A stretch of DNA of 64,000 nt from Escherichia phage Ec_MI-02. Position numbers and translations under genes: made by a program. The DNA is taken from the sequence record OP856590.1, one strand, 5' to 3'. The notes below the pieces were generated by a model. It saw only the letters and a list, made by a program, of their open reading frames with translations, searched no databases and was not told where the DNA came from. Numbering within the stretch: the first letter of the stretch is position 1; each line of letters starts with the position of its first letter. Positions 29,629-39,844 of the stretch are shown one piece after another.

Positions 29629-30315
29629 TTAAAAGTCGTGGGTAGAATCAGCTTCAAGAGCTACTACATAATTCGCGTGTTCACCTTCAAATTTAGCAGC
29701 ACCTTGTTTACCTTTTGCCCAAAGCAGAAGTTTATAATTTCCTGGTTGCATTTTCATATTTGCCATATTGATAATGAAATTAAATGTATTTTCACCATCA
29801 TAATCACCAAGAGTCAAAGAATATTTAACACGGGTCAAAGCAGAATCTTCTACTTTATTAAAACCGTTAATTACGATTTTACCTTCTTTTACTGTGATAG
29901 CAATTGTATCAATCTGCAGACCGCGAGATACACGCAACAGCTGTTGAAGGTCTTCAGCTTTAATTTCGGTAACAACAGATGCTACCGGGAATGGAATTGG
30001 TTTATTAGGAGCAACTACTGTGCTCGGATCAGCTGCTGGCCAAAAAATTGTTGAACGAGCATCAGCAATTTTAATATTTCCATCTTCTGACTGGGAAATT
30101 TCTGCATCGTCATTAACTAGGGACAGAATACCGAGAAAACCGTTCAAATCGTAAATTGCTACATCAAAATCAATAGTGTCAGAAATATTTGCTTCCGCAT
30201 AAGTTGTACCATTAACTGCGCGAGTCATAATAAATTGACCAGATTTAAGCATAATGCCAGAGTTAATAGTAGCGAAATTTTTAAGCAGAGCAGTAGTATC
30301 TTTAGACAGTTTCAT
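29629..30315 (-). CDS. 45: sliding clamp gp45 (228 aa)
   Basis: 228 aa; upstream of gene 44. Confidence 0.85.
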   Translation of the reverse strand: MKLSKDTTALLKNFATINSGIMLKSGQFIMTRAVNGTTYAEANISDTIDFDVAIYDLNGFLGILSLVNDDAEISQSEDGNIKIADARSTIFWPAADPSTVVAPNKPIPFPVASVVTEIKAEDLQQLLRVSRGLQIDTIAITVKEGKIVINGFNKVEDSALTRVKYSLTLGDYDGENTFNFIINMANMKMQPGNYKLLLWAKGKQGAAKFEGEHANYVVALEADSTHDF

Positions 30316-30370
30316 GTAATTTCCTTCAATTCAAATGAGATTTAATTTTATAACTAATTTAATAAAGCAA

Positions 30371-30760
30371 TTAACGATTAAAATCGGCAGCAATTGTTTC
30401 CGCAACAAGTTGAGCAGCAACAATTAGACGTTCATCTGCATTACCGCAATAATCATCTTCAAGACGTTCACCACATGAAGTCATAATAAATTTAGCACCA
30501 GCATTTAAAGATTCTGTCGTATGTTTGCGCATTAGTTCAATCCATTTATTACTTACTTCACGATCGATAGCTTCATAATACGCATGACGAGCAGGTGCAG
30601 ATTTAATTTTATTCTGAATAACTTCCATCGCGTTATCAGAAAGAGACAAAACCCATGCTCGACGAATTTTATTTTGGTTTTGTGGATTTGAATCAGAACG
30701 CACGTGTTTTGGCTGAATATCTTTTACATCAACAGTATAATTCACAGTAATTTTAGTCAT
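30371..30760 (-). CDS. rpbA: RNA polymerase binding protein RpbA (129 aa)
   Basis: 129 aa; between 46 and 45. Confidence 0.6.
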   Translation of the reverse strand: MTKITVNYTVDVKDIQPKHVRSDSNPQNQNKIRRAWVLSLSDNAMEVIQNKIKSAPARHAYYEAIDREVSNKWIELMRKHTTESLNAGAKFIMTSCGERLEDDYCGNADERLIVAAQLVAETIAADFNR

Positions 30761-30769
30761 AATACACCT

Positions 30770-30958
30770 TTAGTCATAATAATCAGTAACAGTCCAAGCT
30801 TCATTTCTGTTGGACATTATTTTCGTATATTCTGCTTTAAATGCATTCTTAAGCATAGATTCAGTAACTATATGCTCTTCATTAGAAAAATTATTTCTCA
30901 GAATATATCGTTTTATTTCAGGAATAGTTAATAGATGCTGTCCAGTTGAATATTCCAT
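30770..30958 (-). CDS. hypothetical protein (62 aa)
   Basis: ATG start. Confidence 0.45.
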   Translation of the reverse strand: MEYSTGQHLLTIPEIKRYILRNNFSNEEHIVTESMLKNAFKAEYTKIMSNRNEAWTVTDYYD

Positions 30959-31013
30959 GTTTTTCCTCCATAGAGATTATACTCTAATAAATTAAAGCAT
31001 AATCTCTTATAAA

Positions 31014-32696
31014 TTAAACCATTACAGTAAATCGACCAACTTTCTTCATTTGAAGATGCTGACCATATGCTTGCGGGTCGTGGTCTCTATGTGAAATAAC
31101 AAAAACATTAGTATTTTTTAAACTATCTAAAATAGTTGAAATAGCTTTTACACCTTCAACATCAGTTGCTGAATCAAAAACTTCATCGAGAATTAGTGTG
31201 TTTATTTTAACACCTGAAACTTTTTCAGCAATATCACGCCAAGTAAATAGAAGAGCAATATCAATTCGTGCTTTTTCGCCTTGACTAAATGAAGCATAAC
31301 TAAAATCTTCACGACCGCGGGATTTAATTGTCTCATTAAATTCTTCATCTAATGTAAACACATAATCCGCTTCCATTATTTTAAGATAATGGTTAATCTG
31401 CTTATTAAATAATGGAATGTACTTTTTAATAATAGCACCTTTAATACCAGAATCTTTGAGCATATCAGTCAAAATTCCTCTGTGGTATTTTTCCATTACT
31501 AAATTAGTTTTTGTCTTAACAATTTTATCAAGTTCTTCTTGAAGCAGTGCTATTTCATCAGCATGGTCAATAAACTCGGATGATGCTTTTTCTATAGCTG
31601 CTTTAACTTTTTTAGCTTTATCTACAGTCGTGATTAGAGATTGCTTTTTATTACGAATATCATTCGCCAACGTCTGCTGGGTTTTAATATTATCTCGGTA
31701 TTCATCAACGAGAACTTTTAAATTATCACGATGTGTTGAAAGCTGTTCAAACGAATGCGTGCATTCAGAAACTTTATCTTTAATTTTAGAAACAACTTTA
31801 TCACCGGAACTTAATTGTGACAAACAGGTTGGACATAATCCACCTTCGTGATACATATTAATGACTTTATTATACGAGTCAATTTTTGATTTAATTAAAA
31901 ATGCTTCTTGACCGATTTTATTAAATGCATCAGTCGGGTCTTCATCCAAAACAATATTAACTAATCTTTCATTAGCTTCTTCTATTTCCGATTTTAGCGT
32001 TCTAGCTTCTTTTGCCAAATCATCATACATATTCTGTAGACGAGTAAGGTTATCACCAGTTAATTTTTTCTGGCGTTCAACGTTATCATTATATATTTTA
32101 ATTTGTTGGATAATACTATCTTTTTTAACATCAAGCACTTGGTTTTGTGAATTTAATTCACGTATTAGTGCTTTATTAAGCTTATCCATTTCAGCTAATG
32201 TTCCTACCTCGAGCAGGTCTTCCACAAGCTTTCTTCGTGCAGGGGTCGACAAACCCATGAAAGGGGTATACCCTGCTGTACCAAGGACAACAATCTGCTT
32301 GAAACTGGCATATGACATTCCGATAAGCTGTTCAAATTCTGCTTGGAAATCTTTACTGCTGGCAGATTCATTAAGACGTGTACCGTTAACGGTGATTTCG
32401 AAAACGTTTGGTTTTTGTCCTCTTTTGATATAGTACTTTTTCTCATCATATTCCATCCACAGTTCAACTAAAAGTTCTTTCTTATTTGTGCTGTTTATTA
32501 ATTGACCTTTCTTTACATCACGAAATGGCTTGCCAAAAAGCCCAAATGTGATGGCTTCTAACATAGTAGACTTACCACCGCCATTTCGTCCAGTAATAAG
32601 AGTTTTTTGAACCTTATCTAGTTGAATGTCAATAGGATTTCCACCTACTGACATTATATTTTGATACCTAACTCGGTTTAGTTTAAAATTCTTCAC
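31014..32696 (-). CDS. 46: recombination endonuclease subunit gp46 (SbcC/Rad50-like, 560 aa)
   Basis: Walker A GRNGGGKST; coiled coil; CPTC zinc hook; GTG start codon. Confidence 0.85.
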   Translation of the reverse strand: MKNFKLNRVRYQNIMSVGGNPIDIQLDKVQKTLITGRNGGGKSTMLEAITFGLFGKPFRDVKKGQLINSTNKKELLVELWMEYDEKKYYIKRGQKPNVFEITVNGTRLNESASSKDFQAEFEQLIGMSYASFKQIVVLGTAGYTPFMGLSTPARRKLVEDLLEVGTLAEMDKLNKALIRELNSQNQVLDVKKDSIIQQIKIYNDNVERQKKLTGDNLTRLQNMYDDLAKEARTLKSEIEEANERLVNIVLDEDPTDAFNKIGQEAFLIKSKIDSYNKVINMYHEGGLCPTCLSQLSSGDKVVSKIKDKVSECTHSFEQLSTHRDNLKVLVDEYRDNIKTQQTLANDIRNKKQSLITTVDKAKKVKAAIEKASSEFIDHADEIALLQEELDKIVKTKTNLVMEKYHRGILTDMLKDSGIKGAIIKKYIPLFNKQINHYLKIMEADYVFTLDEEFNETIKSRGREDFSYASFSQGEKARIDIALLFTWRDIAEKVSGVKINTLILDEVFDSATDVEGVKAISTILDSLKNTNVFVISHRDHDPQAYGQHLQMKKVGRFTVMV

Positions 32697-32956
32697 AAAA
32701 GATTCCTTTTAATGTATCTTTTAGACCATTCTATCATATCATCATAATCTAAAAAGTATTCATCAAATTCAGCCATGCAAACAACACCTTGTGCTGCTTT
32801 TGATGTGATATAAATTATTCCAACATATCTAGAATCTTCTTCGGTGTAATCAATATTTGCTATGAATTCATCGTTAATGTCAAATGTCGAAAACTTCACA
32901 GTATGCATCCTTAATACAAGATACAGCCATATCTTGTAATGATTTAGGTGTATCAT
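32693..32956 (-). CDS. hypothetical protein (87 aa)
   Basis: ORF; overlaps upstream ORF, start uncertain. Confidence 0.4.
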   Translation of the reverse strand: MIHLNHYKIWLYLVLRMHTVKFSTFDINDEFIANIDYTEEDSRYVGIIYITSKAAQGVVCMAEFDEYFLDYDDMIEWSKRYIKRNLL

Positions 32957-33143
32957 TATCTAAAATGTTGAAGTTAAAAGATACAGCCCAGTCAGTGCAG
33001 ACCGTAACCTTTTTAATACAATTATCTTCAACCTCTAGCGGTTCAAACCAATATTCAATAATTTCTTTATGCCCAATATCATCTTTTACTTCGCATTCAA
33101 AATGCTGACTCATCATAACATTTTTAAATTCATCAAAAGTCAT
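32880..33143 (-). CDS. hypothetical protein (87 aa)
   Basis: ATG start; ATGA-type overlap with gene 47. Confidence 0.45.
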   Translation of the reverse strand: MTFDEFKNVMMSQHFECEVKDDIGHKEIIEYWFEPLEVEDNCIKKVTVCTDWAVSFNFNILDNDTPKSLQDMAVSCIKDAYCEVFDI

Positions 33144-34159
33144 TGTGTTGCCTCTACATATAACTGATTTGCATATTGAATAAGTGCTTCGCGATCAGAA
33201 TCAGTGATGTCTGGAATTGCATTAATGTATTCTTCCATCAACGTCTGAAGAGATTGAACTTCAACTTCTTCACTATCATCTGACTCGACAGAGTTATCAA
33301 TCTTTGACACAACTCGTAATGAATGCACAACTTTTTCTAGTTCAGATTCGAACTTCGTTAGATTTTTGTCTACTTCAGTTACTATAACACGTACTGATAG
33401 ATTTGTAAAATCTTTATAGTCAATTTTTCCTTTAAATGGATAATGAATTCTACGATGCCAGGTAGTGTTGTTTGGAATAAATTCCATTCGTTCTGTTTCT
33501 GTATCAAACATCCAGAACCCACGAGGGTCATTCTCGTCACCTGCAGTTAGTGTCCATGGTGTCCCAATATATCTGACGTTAGCAGCCTCAGAAATAGTAT
33601 GGAAGTGACCAGACCACACCTCTTTATAAGTCTTAAGGAAATCAGGTTCAAGACCGTGAGATTTCATTCCTTTATAAAAATAAAATCCATTCAGCTCCCA
33701 GTGACCAACACAAAAAGAAGCAGATGAAGTTTTGATGTGTTCAAGAATTTCACCAGTATTTTCTTCACACATCCAAGGAATTAAATCAATCAAACATCCG
33801 TCAAAATCTACTGTAGTAGGCTTATCATATACTTTAACATTAGGGTATTTAGCCAAAAGCTCAGTAGAAGCATTTGGATGCATTACATTTTTGTAGTGGA
33901 GATCGTGATTTCCTACAATAGTATGTAATGTGATTCCAGCGTCATCAAGCATTTGAACTATTTCACGAGCAAACTCCATAGTTTTATGTGTGATTGCTTT
34001 TCGCACATCAAAAATATCACCATATTGAATCCATACAGTAATTCCATTTTTCTTAGAATATTCTATCGCTTGCTTAATTCCATCAATTTGAATACCGCGA
34101 ATCCACTCATCATCAGCTTTAACGCCTAAATGCCAATCACCCAAGTTTAGTATTTTCAT
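33140..34159 (-). CDS. 47: recombination nuclease subunit gp47 (SbcD/Mre11-like, 339 aa)
   Basis: calcineurin-like phosphoesterase motifs GDWHLG, GNHD; 339 aa. Confidence 0.9.
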   Translation of the reverse strand: MKILNLGDWHLGVKADDEWIRGIQIDGIKQAIEYSKKNGITVWIQYGDIFDVRKAITHKTMEFAREIVQMLDDAGITLHTIVGNHDLHYKNVMHPNASTELLAKYPNVKVYDKPTTVDFDGCLIDLIPWMCEENTGEILEHIKTSSASFCVGHWELNGFYFYKGMKSHGLEPDFLKTYKEVWSGHFHTISEAANVRYIGTPWTLTAGDENDPRGFWMFDTETERMEFIPNNTTWHRRIHYPFKGKIDYKDFTNLSVRVIVTEVDKNLTKFESELEKVVHSLRVVSKIDNSVESDDSEEVEVQSLQTLMEEYINAIPDITDSDREALIQYANQLYVEATQ

Positions 34160-34760
34160 GGTGTCTTTTCCATCCCAATTTAGCTGCTTTTGAAACTAGT
34201 TCTTTAATTTTTCCTTTTGTCCATTCAGGACCAGGAGGTTCATGACATAACATTTGCTTAACTCCGTTATTATACCATTTTTTACCTTTATTATGTGATG
34301 AAGCTTTAAATTTATTTGACCTTCCTTTTACATAACCTTCTGGAATATAAGGTAAAAAGGCAGATTTTCCTGTTAATGGATCATGTGAATGTATATTTCC
34401 TTTACAATTATGAGAACCATATAATGGATGATTTTGTCCTTTATTATCTCTTCCAAATGAACCTTTTGGAGCAGCATATGACATATTAAAGAATAATGGA
34501 TTTTTAACTGCATCGTGCAATCGTTGATAATATAACTCGCATTTAATAGCTTCTTCACGCGTATCAAATTCAGCTAAAATGCATGAATCAAATAAATGAG
34601 GATTATCTGAAAGCTCTTTATTATAAATTTTCTTATACTTTTTAGATAAAACTGACCCATGATATCCAGCTAAATGCCTATCTAAAGATGTAGATCCAAT
34701 ATAAAAAGGAGGAAGTTTATCTCCACTATATATGGTTAAATAAGTTATATATTTTTTCAT
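34137..34760 (-). CDS. GIY-YIG family homing endonuclease-like protein (seg-like, 207 aa)
   Basis: N-terminal TIYSG...FYIGST...R..H...E motif; C-terminal NUMOD3-like GKKWYNNG; overlaps gene 47 start by 23 nt. Confidence 0.65.
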   Translation of the reverse strand: MKKYITYLTIYSGDKLPPFYIGSTSLDRHLAGYHGSVLSKKYKKIYNKELSDNPHLFDSCILAEFDTREEAIKCELYYQRLHDAVKNPLFFNMSYAAPKGSFGRDNKGQNHPLYGSHNCKGNIHSHDPLTGKSAFLPYIPEGYVKGRSNKFKASSHNKGKKWYNNGVKQMLCHEPPGPEWTKGKIKELVSKAAKLGWKRHHENTKLG

Positions 34761-34897
34761 ATATCAAGAACCGTCATTGAAATGCAAAATAAAATTATTG
34801 AAATAAATCCATCTGGAGTGCTAAAGAACCCAATCCAACATGCTCTAGTGAATAGATAAAATGCAAGAAAAAGTATCACATATCCAAGAAATATCAT
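34757..34897 (-). CDS. possible hydrophobic micro-ORF (46 aa)
   Basis: not in track; ATGA overlap with seg-like gene; but its ATG lies inside the -10 of the middle promoter. Confidence 0.2.
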   Translation of the reverse strand: MIFLGYVILFLAFYLFTRACWIGFFSTPDGFISIILFCISMTVLDI

Positions 34898-34920
34898 TAT
34901 ATCAAACTCCGTATAAAGCT
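34896..34920 (-). promoter_or_regulatory. MotA-dependent middle promoter
   Basis: aGCTTTA, 12 nt, TATAAT on minus strand. Confidence 0.5.
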
Positions 34921-34938
34921 AAAGGGCCGAAGCCCTTT
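34921..34938 (-). terminator. GC hairpin with UUCG loop after a-gt
   Basis: AAAGGGC-UUCG-GCCCUUU. Confidence 0.55.
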
Positions 34939-36139
34939 ATTTTGTAATAATGTCAAACTGTTCTTTAAAGCAGAAGCTTGAATCTTGATGTTGATACAAA
35001 AATTCATACGCTTTTTCTCGCTCACGGTCATAAAGAGCTCGGTCAGATGACAGTTCTTTAATACGCTCGAATGTTGATTCCATATCATTTTCATCAAACC
35101 AAACGATACCGCTATCATGCGAAATTAGCGGAGTATTATCAACACGGAATTTTAAATTTTCGCCAGTAGATTTCCAAAATACCGGAATTGTTCCACATGC
35201 ACCAAGCTCGAGATGAGTATATTCTAAAGAACGTTGTAGATATTTTTTATCCAACTTACTCAACTGATAACCAAATCCGGATTTACTCATACGTTCAAGC
35301 ATTTCGCTATTTACATAACGGTCAAGAATTTGCGTTGGCAAATTAGGAGCAATTTTAATTTGGTCTACTTGATGAAGACGATAATATTCGTATGGAATTC
35401 CTTTTTCTTTAATAGGAATGAACGCAGGAGAACGTTCCAGACCTTCCATAATAGTACTTAGCCCAGCAGGTTTAAGATGTTTTTCGTGAAAATCAAACAT
35501 CTGATAAAAACCTTTCCATGTAGTCGTACGACCAATCCAACGGTTGACATTCATATTAATTTCAGAAACATCTTTCCAGTATGTTGATCGAACCTTCGCA
35601 ATATCCATAGGAGGCTGAAAGTTGTATACAGTCGGTGCTTCTTCAATATCATCAAACAGAGAAACTGTTTCTGGATACCATTCTTTCATCAAAACTTTAT
35701 TAAAATCGCCATTATCAGAATGGCTAAAAATAACATCAGCTCGACGAACAGTTTCTTCTAATCCCAAATTTCGGCGCAAAGAAAGAGAAGAATGGTCATG
35801 TTGATAAACTACAACACGAACCGAAGGTTTAATGTTATCAATAATTTTTTTATAGTTATTAATAGTGTCTTCTTCGACTGAAGTAGCAGGAACTGAATTG
35901 ATAATTAGAATATCACAATCATTTACCAGCTTAAGTGTTTTATCGTATTCTTTTGCCAATAAAACCGGAATTGAAAATGATTTATAATCATGCGCGCAAT
36001 TACGGGTAAATGATTTATCTTTAGCATAAACCAAAGTTACTTCATGACCATTTTTAATAAACCAATCACGTTGCTCGAGAGAAAATTTAGTTACGCCGCA
36101 ACCTTCAAGACCTCGAGCCATAAAAATGCATACTTTCAT
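34937..36139 (-). CDS. a-gt: DNA alpha-glucosyltransferase (400 aa)
   Basis: 400 aa; MKVCIFMARGLEGCGVTKFS start; ATG confirmed. Confidence 0.85.
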   Translation of the reverse strand: MKVCIFMARGLEGCGVTKFSLEQRDWFIKNGHEVTLVYAKDKSFTRNCAHDYKSFSIPVLLAKEYDKTLKLVNDCDILIINSVPATSVEEDTINNYKKIIDNIKPSVRVVVYQHDHSSLSLRRNLGLEETVRRADVIFSHSDNGDFNKVLMKEWYPETVSLFDDIEEAPTVYNFQPPMDIAKVRSTYWKDVSEINMNVNRWIGRTTTWKGFYQMFDFHEKHLKPAGLSTIMEGLERSPAFIPIKEKGIPYEYYRLHQVDQIKIAPNLPTQILDRYVNSEMLERMSKSGFGYQLSKLDKKYLQRSLEYTHLELGACGTIPVFWKSTGENLKFRVDNTPLISHDSGIVWFDENDMESTFERIKELSSDRALYDREREKAYEFLYQHQDSSFCFKEQFDIITK

Positions 36140-36163
36140 TTAATATCCTCATTGTTTTGGTTT

Positions 36164-36187
36164 ATTTTACCAAAAATTTATAAAGCA
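36164..36187 (-). promoter_or_regulatory. MotA-dependent middle promoter for a-gt
   Basis: tTGCTTTA, 11 nt, TAAAAT. Confidence 0.4.
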
Positions 36188-36191
36188 ATAT

Positions 36192-36207
36192 AGGAGCCGA
36201 AGCTCCT
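36192..36207 (-). terminator. GC hairpin with UUCG loop
   Basis: AGGAGC-UUCG-GCUCCU. Confidence 0.45.
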
Positions 36208-36382
36208 ATCCGCATAATACACCATACAGAGGCTCATTAGAGCTTCTAAATTTTATACGCTTATATGTTATAGTTCCTTCTGCTTTAGCTTTATCATGAG
36301 ACTCTTTAAAGCGTCTCATCATTTCTACTTTAGAGGAACGAATTTTATTATAATCTATTTCAGAAGTCTGGGTGTTCATCTT

Positions 36383-36589
36383 TCACAGTTGCCACCATTT
36401 TTTGACTTGATAAGAATCAACCCACACTTTCATATTAGGGTCTGCTCTTACAATAGGAGGATTAACTTCTTTAATTGAACTATCGTGGTATTCTTTTTCA
36501 GAAATTTTCACACAAAGATGACCATTCAAAGATTCAGTAAATCCTGCATTAATTTTAAGACGCTTGAATTTTACGCGTGTAAGCATCAA
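36383..36589 (-). CDS. hypothetical protein (68 aa)
   Basis: ORF; overlaps upstream ORF end. Confidence 0.4.
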   Translation of the reverse strand: MMLTRVKFKRLKINAGFTESLNGHLCVKISEKEYHDSSIKEVNPPIVRADPNMKVWVDSYQVKKWWQL

Positions 36590-36872
36590 TCATATCCTCA
36601 ATCTGCGATCTAGTAGTCTTCCAAAGAATACTAATGAGTTCATCGTTATATGGCTGTTTTAAAATATCCCGACTTTTCTTGATAGCATATTCGTATTGAG
36701 CGAAATTATTGTTTTCAGCTGCAATCTGAGCGTGCTTATAAAGACGATTCAGTTCGCGTTTGTTTTTAGACAATAACTTATTTGCTTTTCTTTCTGCTTC
36801 AAGACGGTTCTTTTCTTCAATAGAAGAAATAAGCTTTTCCACTTCATCATTAATTTCGGGTTTATCAGTCAT
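36555..36872 (-). CDS. hypothetical protein (105 aa)
   Basis: ORF, helical/charged. Confidence 0.5.
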   Translation of the reverse strand: MTDKPEINDEVEKLISSIEEKNRLEAERKANKLLSKNKRELNRLYKHAQIAAENNNFAQYEYAIKKSRDILKQPYNDELISILWKTTRSQIEDMIDAYTRKIQAS

Positions 36873-36873
36873 A

Positions 36874-37092
36874 TTATTTCTCTAATATAAAATAAAAATC
36901 ATCATCTGTTAAATGATACCGATAGTTTAATTCTACACCATTAGATTTAAAAGCGGTATCATACGGATTTTCTGGATCAATATCAATGTCAAGAGCTAAA
37001 ACTTCCCTGAGATACATTTTAAGTAAATAGGGAATAGCTTCAACTTCAGGTATTTCTTCCAAGAATCCGGAGAGGTTAATCGTTAGCCTCAT
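36874..37092 (-). CDS. hypothetical protein (72 aa)
   Basis: ORF downstream of gene 55. Confidence 0.45.
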
Positions 37093-37633
37093 ATAAAAAA
37101 TCCAAACTAGGAGAATCGTCTACAACACTTTTCTTTTCAGCCCCCGGTGTTCTATAGGTTGATTCTTCGTAATGCGTCATTTTATCGTAGATGTCTTGAA
37201 TAAAAGTTTCATCCACTAACGCAACCATATCGTCGTCACGACTGTCATAGACATTGTGAACGAAGTAACTGTATTTCTTTGCAACTTCCTTACGTTCTTT
37301 TTTAATACGTTGGACGAATGCATTAAAACAAGCTTGAGTTATATATGCATGTGGGTTTTTATATTTCGTTTCATCAAAATTATGAAGCCCCTTAATAGAA
37401 GCTTCTATACCATCTGCAATCATTTCTTGTTTCCAAGATTGGGTGTATCCTGAAAAGTTGAAACGTTTAGATAAGCCTTCTGCAATAAGCATAATGGCTA
37501 ATCCGATAGTATCATTCTGACGAACTACTTTATTTGGGTCTTTATTATTTGCTAATTCTGTTTTCCAATCAATAATAGCTTGTAAAAGCTCTTTATTGTT
37601 TACGTAATTATATTTAGGCTTAGTTTCTGACAT
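37076..37633 (-). CDS. 55: late sigma factor gp55 (185 aa)
   Basis: track start GTG; ATG two codons later gives the T4 length. Confidence 0.85.
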
Positions 37634-37711
37634 TTTCACCTCTTAGCTCAATTCATAGATCTATTATATCATAATATTTGAAGATCTATCTTAAAGCATA
37701 GAGGATATCAG

Positions 37712-37981
37712 TTATCTAAGTAAGCAGTATGCTTGGAACACTTTCTCCATCATCTTTTTAAATTCATGAATATCTATATAATGACTAGTTAAATCAGCAT
37801 GATATAAAAAATCTAAAAACTTTTCATGCGTGCTAACATATTCGCTTTCATTTAATTCAGAAACATGGCTTTCCCAATATCCAACACCAGTCTTATTTGG
37901 GAAAAATGAAATTTTCATATATTGATCAACATAGAAAATGCCATAATTTTCAATAGTAATAGAAATATTAATAAATTTCAT
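37712..37981 (-). CDS. hypothetical protein (89 aa)
   Basis: ORF. Confidence 0.45.
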   Translation of the reverse strand: MKFINISITIENYGIFYVDQYMKISFFPNKTGVGYWESHVSELNESEYVSTHEKFLDFLYHADLTSHYIDIHEFKKMMEKVFQAYCLLR

Positions 37982-38199
37982 GCATTCATCAACTTAGCCG
38001 CTTCAAGAGCTGCATCTAGTGAATCAAACTGGTCAACGTATTCAATCAACTCGCCATAATTAGCGTATAACCACCATTGGCTAAATTCATACTCAAGGAT
38101 GAATCCATTTCCTTCAATTTGAGTTAAGCCAATGCCATTTGTATTTACTTCATATCCGGCAAGACGCAAATCGTTAATAAGAGCTTCGTTCATATTCAT
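37978..38199 (-). CDS. hypothetical protein (73 aa)
   Basis: ORF; ATGA overlap. Confidence 0.45.
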   Translation of the reverse strand: MNMNEALINDLRLAGYEVNTNGIGLTQIEGNGFILEYEFSQWWLYANYGELIEYVDQFDSLDAALEAAKLMNA

Positions 38200-38522
38200 A
38201 CCTTAGCAATTTTCAGGTCAGCAAATTTTTTCTTGCGTTGATTTTTCATACGACGAATAGTTTTATCGGAAATTTCATGCTTTTGATAAGCTTTAGATTC
38301 TACACCAAAAGCTTTAACATCAAATTCTGACAAGATATATTGAACCAACAATTCACGGACAGTATTGCGCCCAATTTTCTGATCATTCTGTTTCATCGTC
38401 TGATGAAGCTCTTTTTCCCATTTATCCAAAATTTGAGGAGTTACAATATCGCCTTTTTCTAGCAAAGAAACTACTTTATCATATGCATAAGAATTGATGG
38501 CGTTTTTAATTTGAATAGTCAT
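38196..38522 (-). CDS. hypothetical protein (108 aa)
   Basis: ORF; terminator upstream. Confidence 0.5.
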   Translation of the reverse strand: MTIQIKNAINSYAYDKVVSLLEKGDIVTPQILDKWEKELHQTMKQNDQKIGRNTVRELLVQYILSEFDVKAFGVESKAYQKHEISDKTIRRMKNQRKKKFADLKIAKV

Positions 38523-38560
38523 ACATTATCCTCAATTACATTAAAATTTTATTATCCAAA

Positions 38561-38577
38561 AAGGGCCGAAGCCCTTA
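38561..38577 (-). terminator. rho-independent terminator
   Basis: AAGGGC-UUCG-GCCCUU followed by UUUUUGG. Confidence 0.55.
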
Positions 38578-38775
38578 GCTAAACTTTTTGGCACCCTTCC
38601 AGCCTTCGTACATCATTGCGGCTGATATTAATATTGCTCCTGAGCAACTTGAATATTTGTGATTCCAAAACCAGTTTAGAAAAATTTCGTCATCAATACC
38701 TTGGGCTATCATATTTTCAAAGAACTGACGACGAGCTTCAGCAATTCGTTGCGATAATTTAGATTCAGGATTCAT
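38575..38775 (-). CDS. hypothetical protein (66 aa)
   Basis: ORF. Confidence 0.45.
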   Translation of the reverse strand: MNPESKLSQRIAEARRQFFENMIAQGIDDEIFLNWFWNHKYSSCSGAILISAAMMYEGWKGAKKFS

Positions 38776-38907
38776 TTAAATTTTCCAGTTACCATTTTCA
38801 TCAATAAATTTAATCCAGTCATTTACTGACCACTTGGTCGTATCGCCCTTTGGAGCAACATTTAAAGTGTATAATCCTTGTTTAAAAAGCATGCGTTTGA
38901 TATTCAT
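38776..38907 (-). CDS. small hypothetical protein (43 aa)
   Basis: track ORF trimmed to ATG with GAGGAAAA SD to remove overlap with upstream gene. Confidence 0.35.
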   Translation of the reverse strand: MNIKRMLFKQGLYTLNVAPKGDTTKWSVNDWIKFIDENGNWKI

Positions 38908-38914
38908 ATTTTCC

Positions 38915-39208
38915 TCAGCTGTAACGATAGCACTCGTTTGATTTGCGCTTAGCAACTCGTTGAGAAGTATTATAATCAAAATCATCATCAATGTAAACTG
39001 ATTTTTTCAACTTTCTTACTTCACCACGTAATTGGCGATTTAGCTCATCTTTAACTTCTGAGTCAATGCCTTTCATTCTACGCCATTTATCTGAGCGAAA
39101 AATGTTTTCAACCATATCTTTATGACTTACACCATCAGGAGCTTTACGCTTTCCGAAATAGTCATAATCACGAACTTTTAAGTCTTTACGACGATACGTT
39201 TTACCCAT
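38915..39208 (-). CDS. basic hypothetical protein (97 aa)
   Basis: track start GTG; ATG with AAGGAAAT SD. Confidence 0.5.
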   Translation of the reverse strand: MGKTYRRKDLKVRDYDYFGKRKAPDGVSHKDMVENIFRSDKWRRMKGIDSEVKDELNRQLRGEVRKLKKSVYIDDDFDYNTSQRVAKRKSNECYRYS

Positions 39209-39377
39209 GGAGTTTAATTTCCTTAGCAACTGAACTAAATACAACACGATCGCAAATCATCTGTTTATTCCATTTAAGTACAGTATAATGAACATCTAGA
39301 TCATCTACTGCTGTAACAATAACAATATGTCCGTTAACACGATAATACTGATCTCTTTTAATCTCTTTATCAACCAT
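39201..39377 (-). CDS. small hypothetical protein (57 aa)
   Basis: not in track; promoter - GAGGAT SD - ATG arrangement. Confidence 0.4.
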   Translation of the reverse strand: MVDKEIKRDQYYRVNGHIVIVTAVDDLDVHYTVLKWNKQMICDRVVFSSVAKEIKLHG

Positions 39378-39407
39378 ATCAAATCCTCAAAGGCAATTCA
39401 TATGTTA

Positions 39408-39437
39408 ATAATACCACAGTTTGAACTTCTTGTAAAC
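39408..39437 (-). promoter_or_regulatory. T4 early-type promoter
   Basis: GTTTAC-N18-TATTAT. Confidence 0.45.
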
Positions 39438-39535
39438 AACTTTGTGAAAATTATTTTAGGGAACGATAAGAAGGGAACGATAGCTTAGAATGGTAATATA
39501 CGGAATGTGAGAAAGAAAGGCCCAGAGGGCCCGTC

Positions 39536-39844
39536 TTAATCTTCTATGATATCTCTATCATATCCAAGTGAAATGAGAGTTTCTTTGAAGTGTTTAATAT
39601 TCTTTTGTCTAGAATCATTAATGAAAATGACTGGATAACGAATGTTAAGAGATGTGAATCCAGCGCGTTTAGCAAGAGATACAATCAGTGGACGATCATA
39701 CTCAATCTTACCATTATTTGTAAGAACTTTATAGAAAGTAAAAGGAGCATTGAGCTCCTTTAGAAGTTTTGTAACTGATTGACATCCAGGACAACGACCT
39801 ACTTCATCTGGAATTCCATAGACTTCAATCTTGTTCTGTTTCAC
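39536..39844 (-). CDS. nrdH: NrdH glutaredoxin-like protein (102 aa)
   Basis: CPGC redox motif; GTG start with AAGGAA SD (no internal Met); UUCG-type terminator downstream. Confidence 0.75.
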   Translation of the reverse strand: MKQNKIEVYGIPDEVGRCPGCQSVTKLLKELNAPFTFYKVLTNNGKIEYDRPLIVSLAKRAGFTSLNIRYPVIFINDSRQKNIKHFKETLISLGYDRDIIED

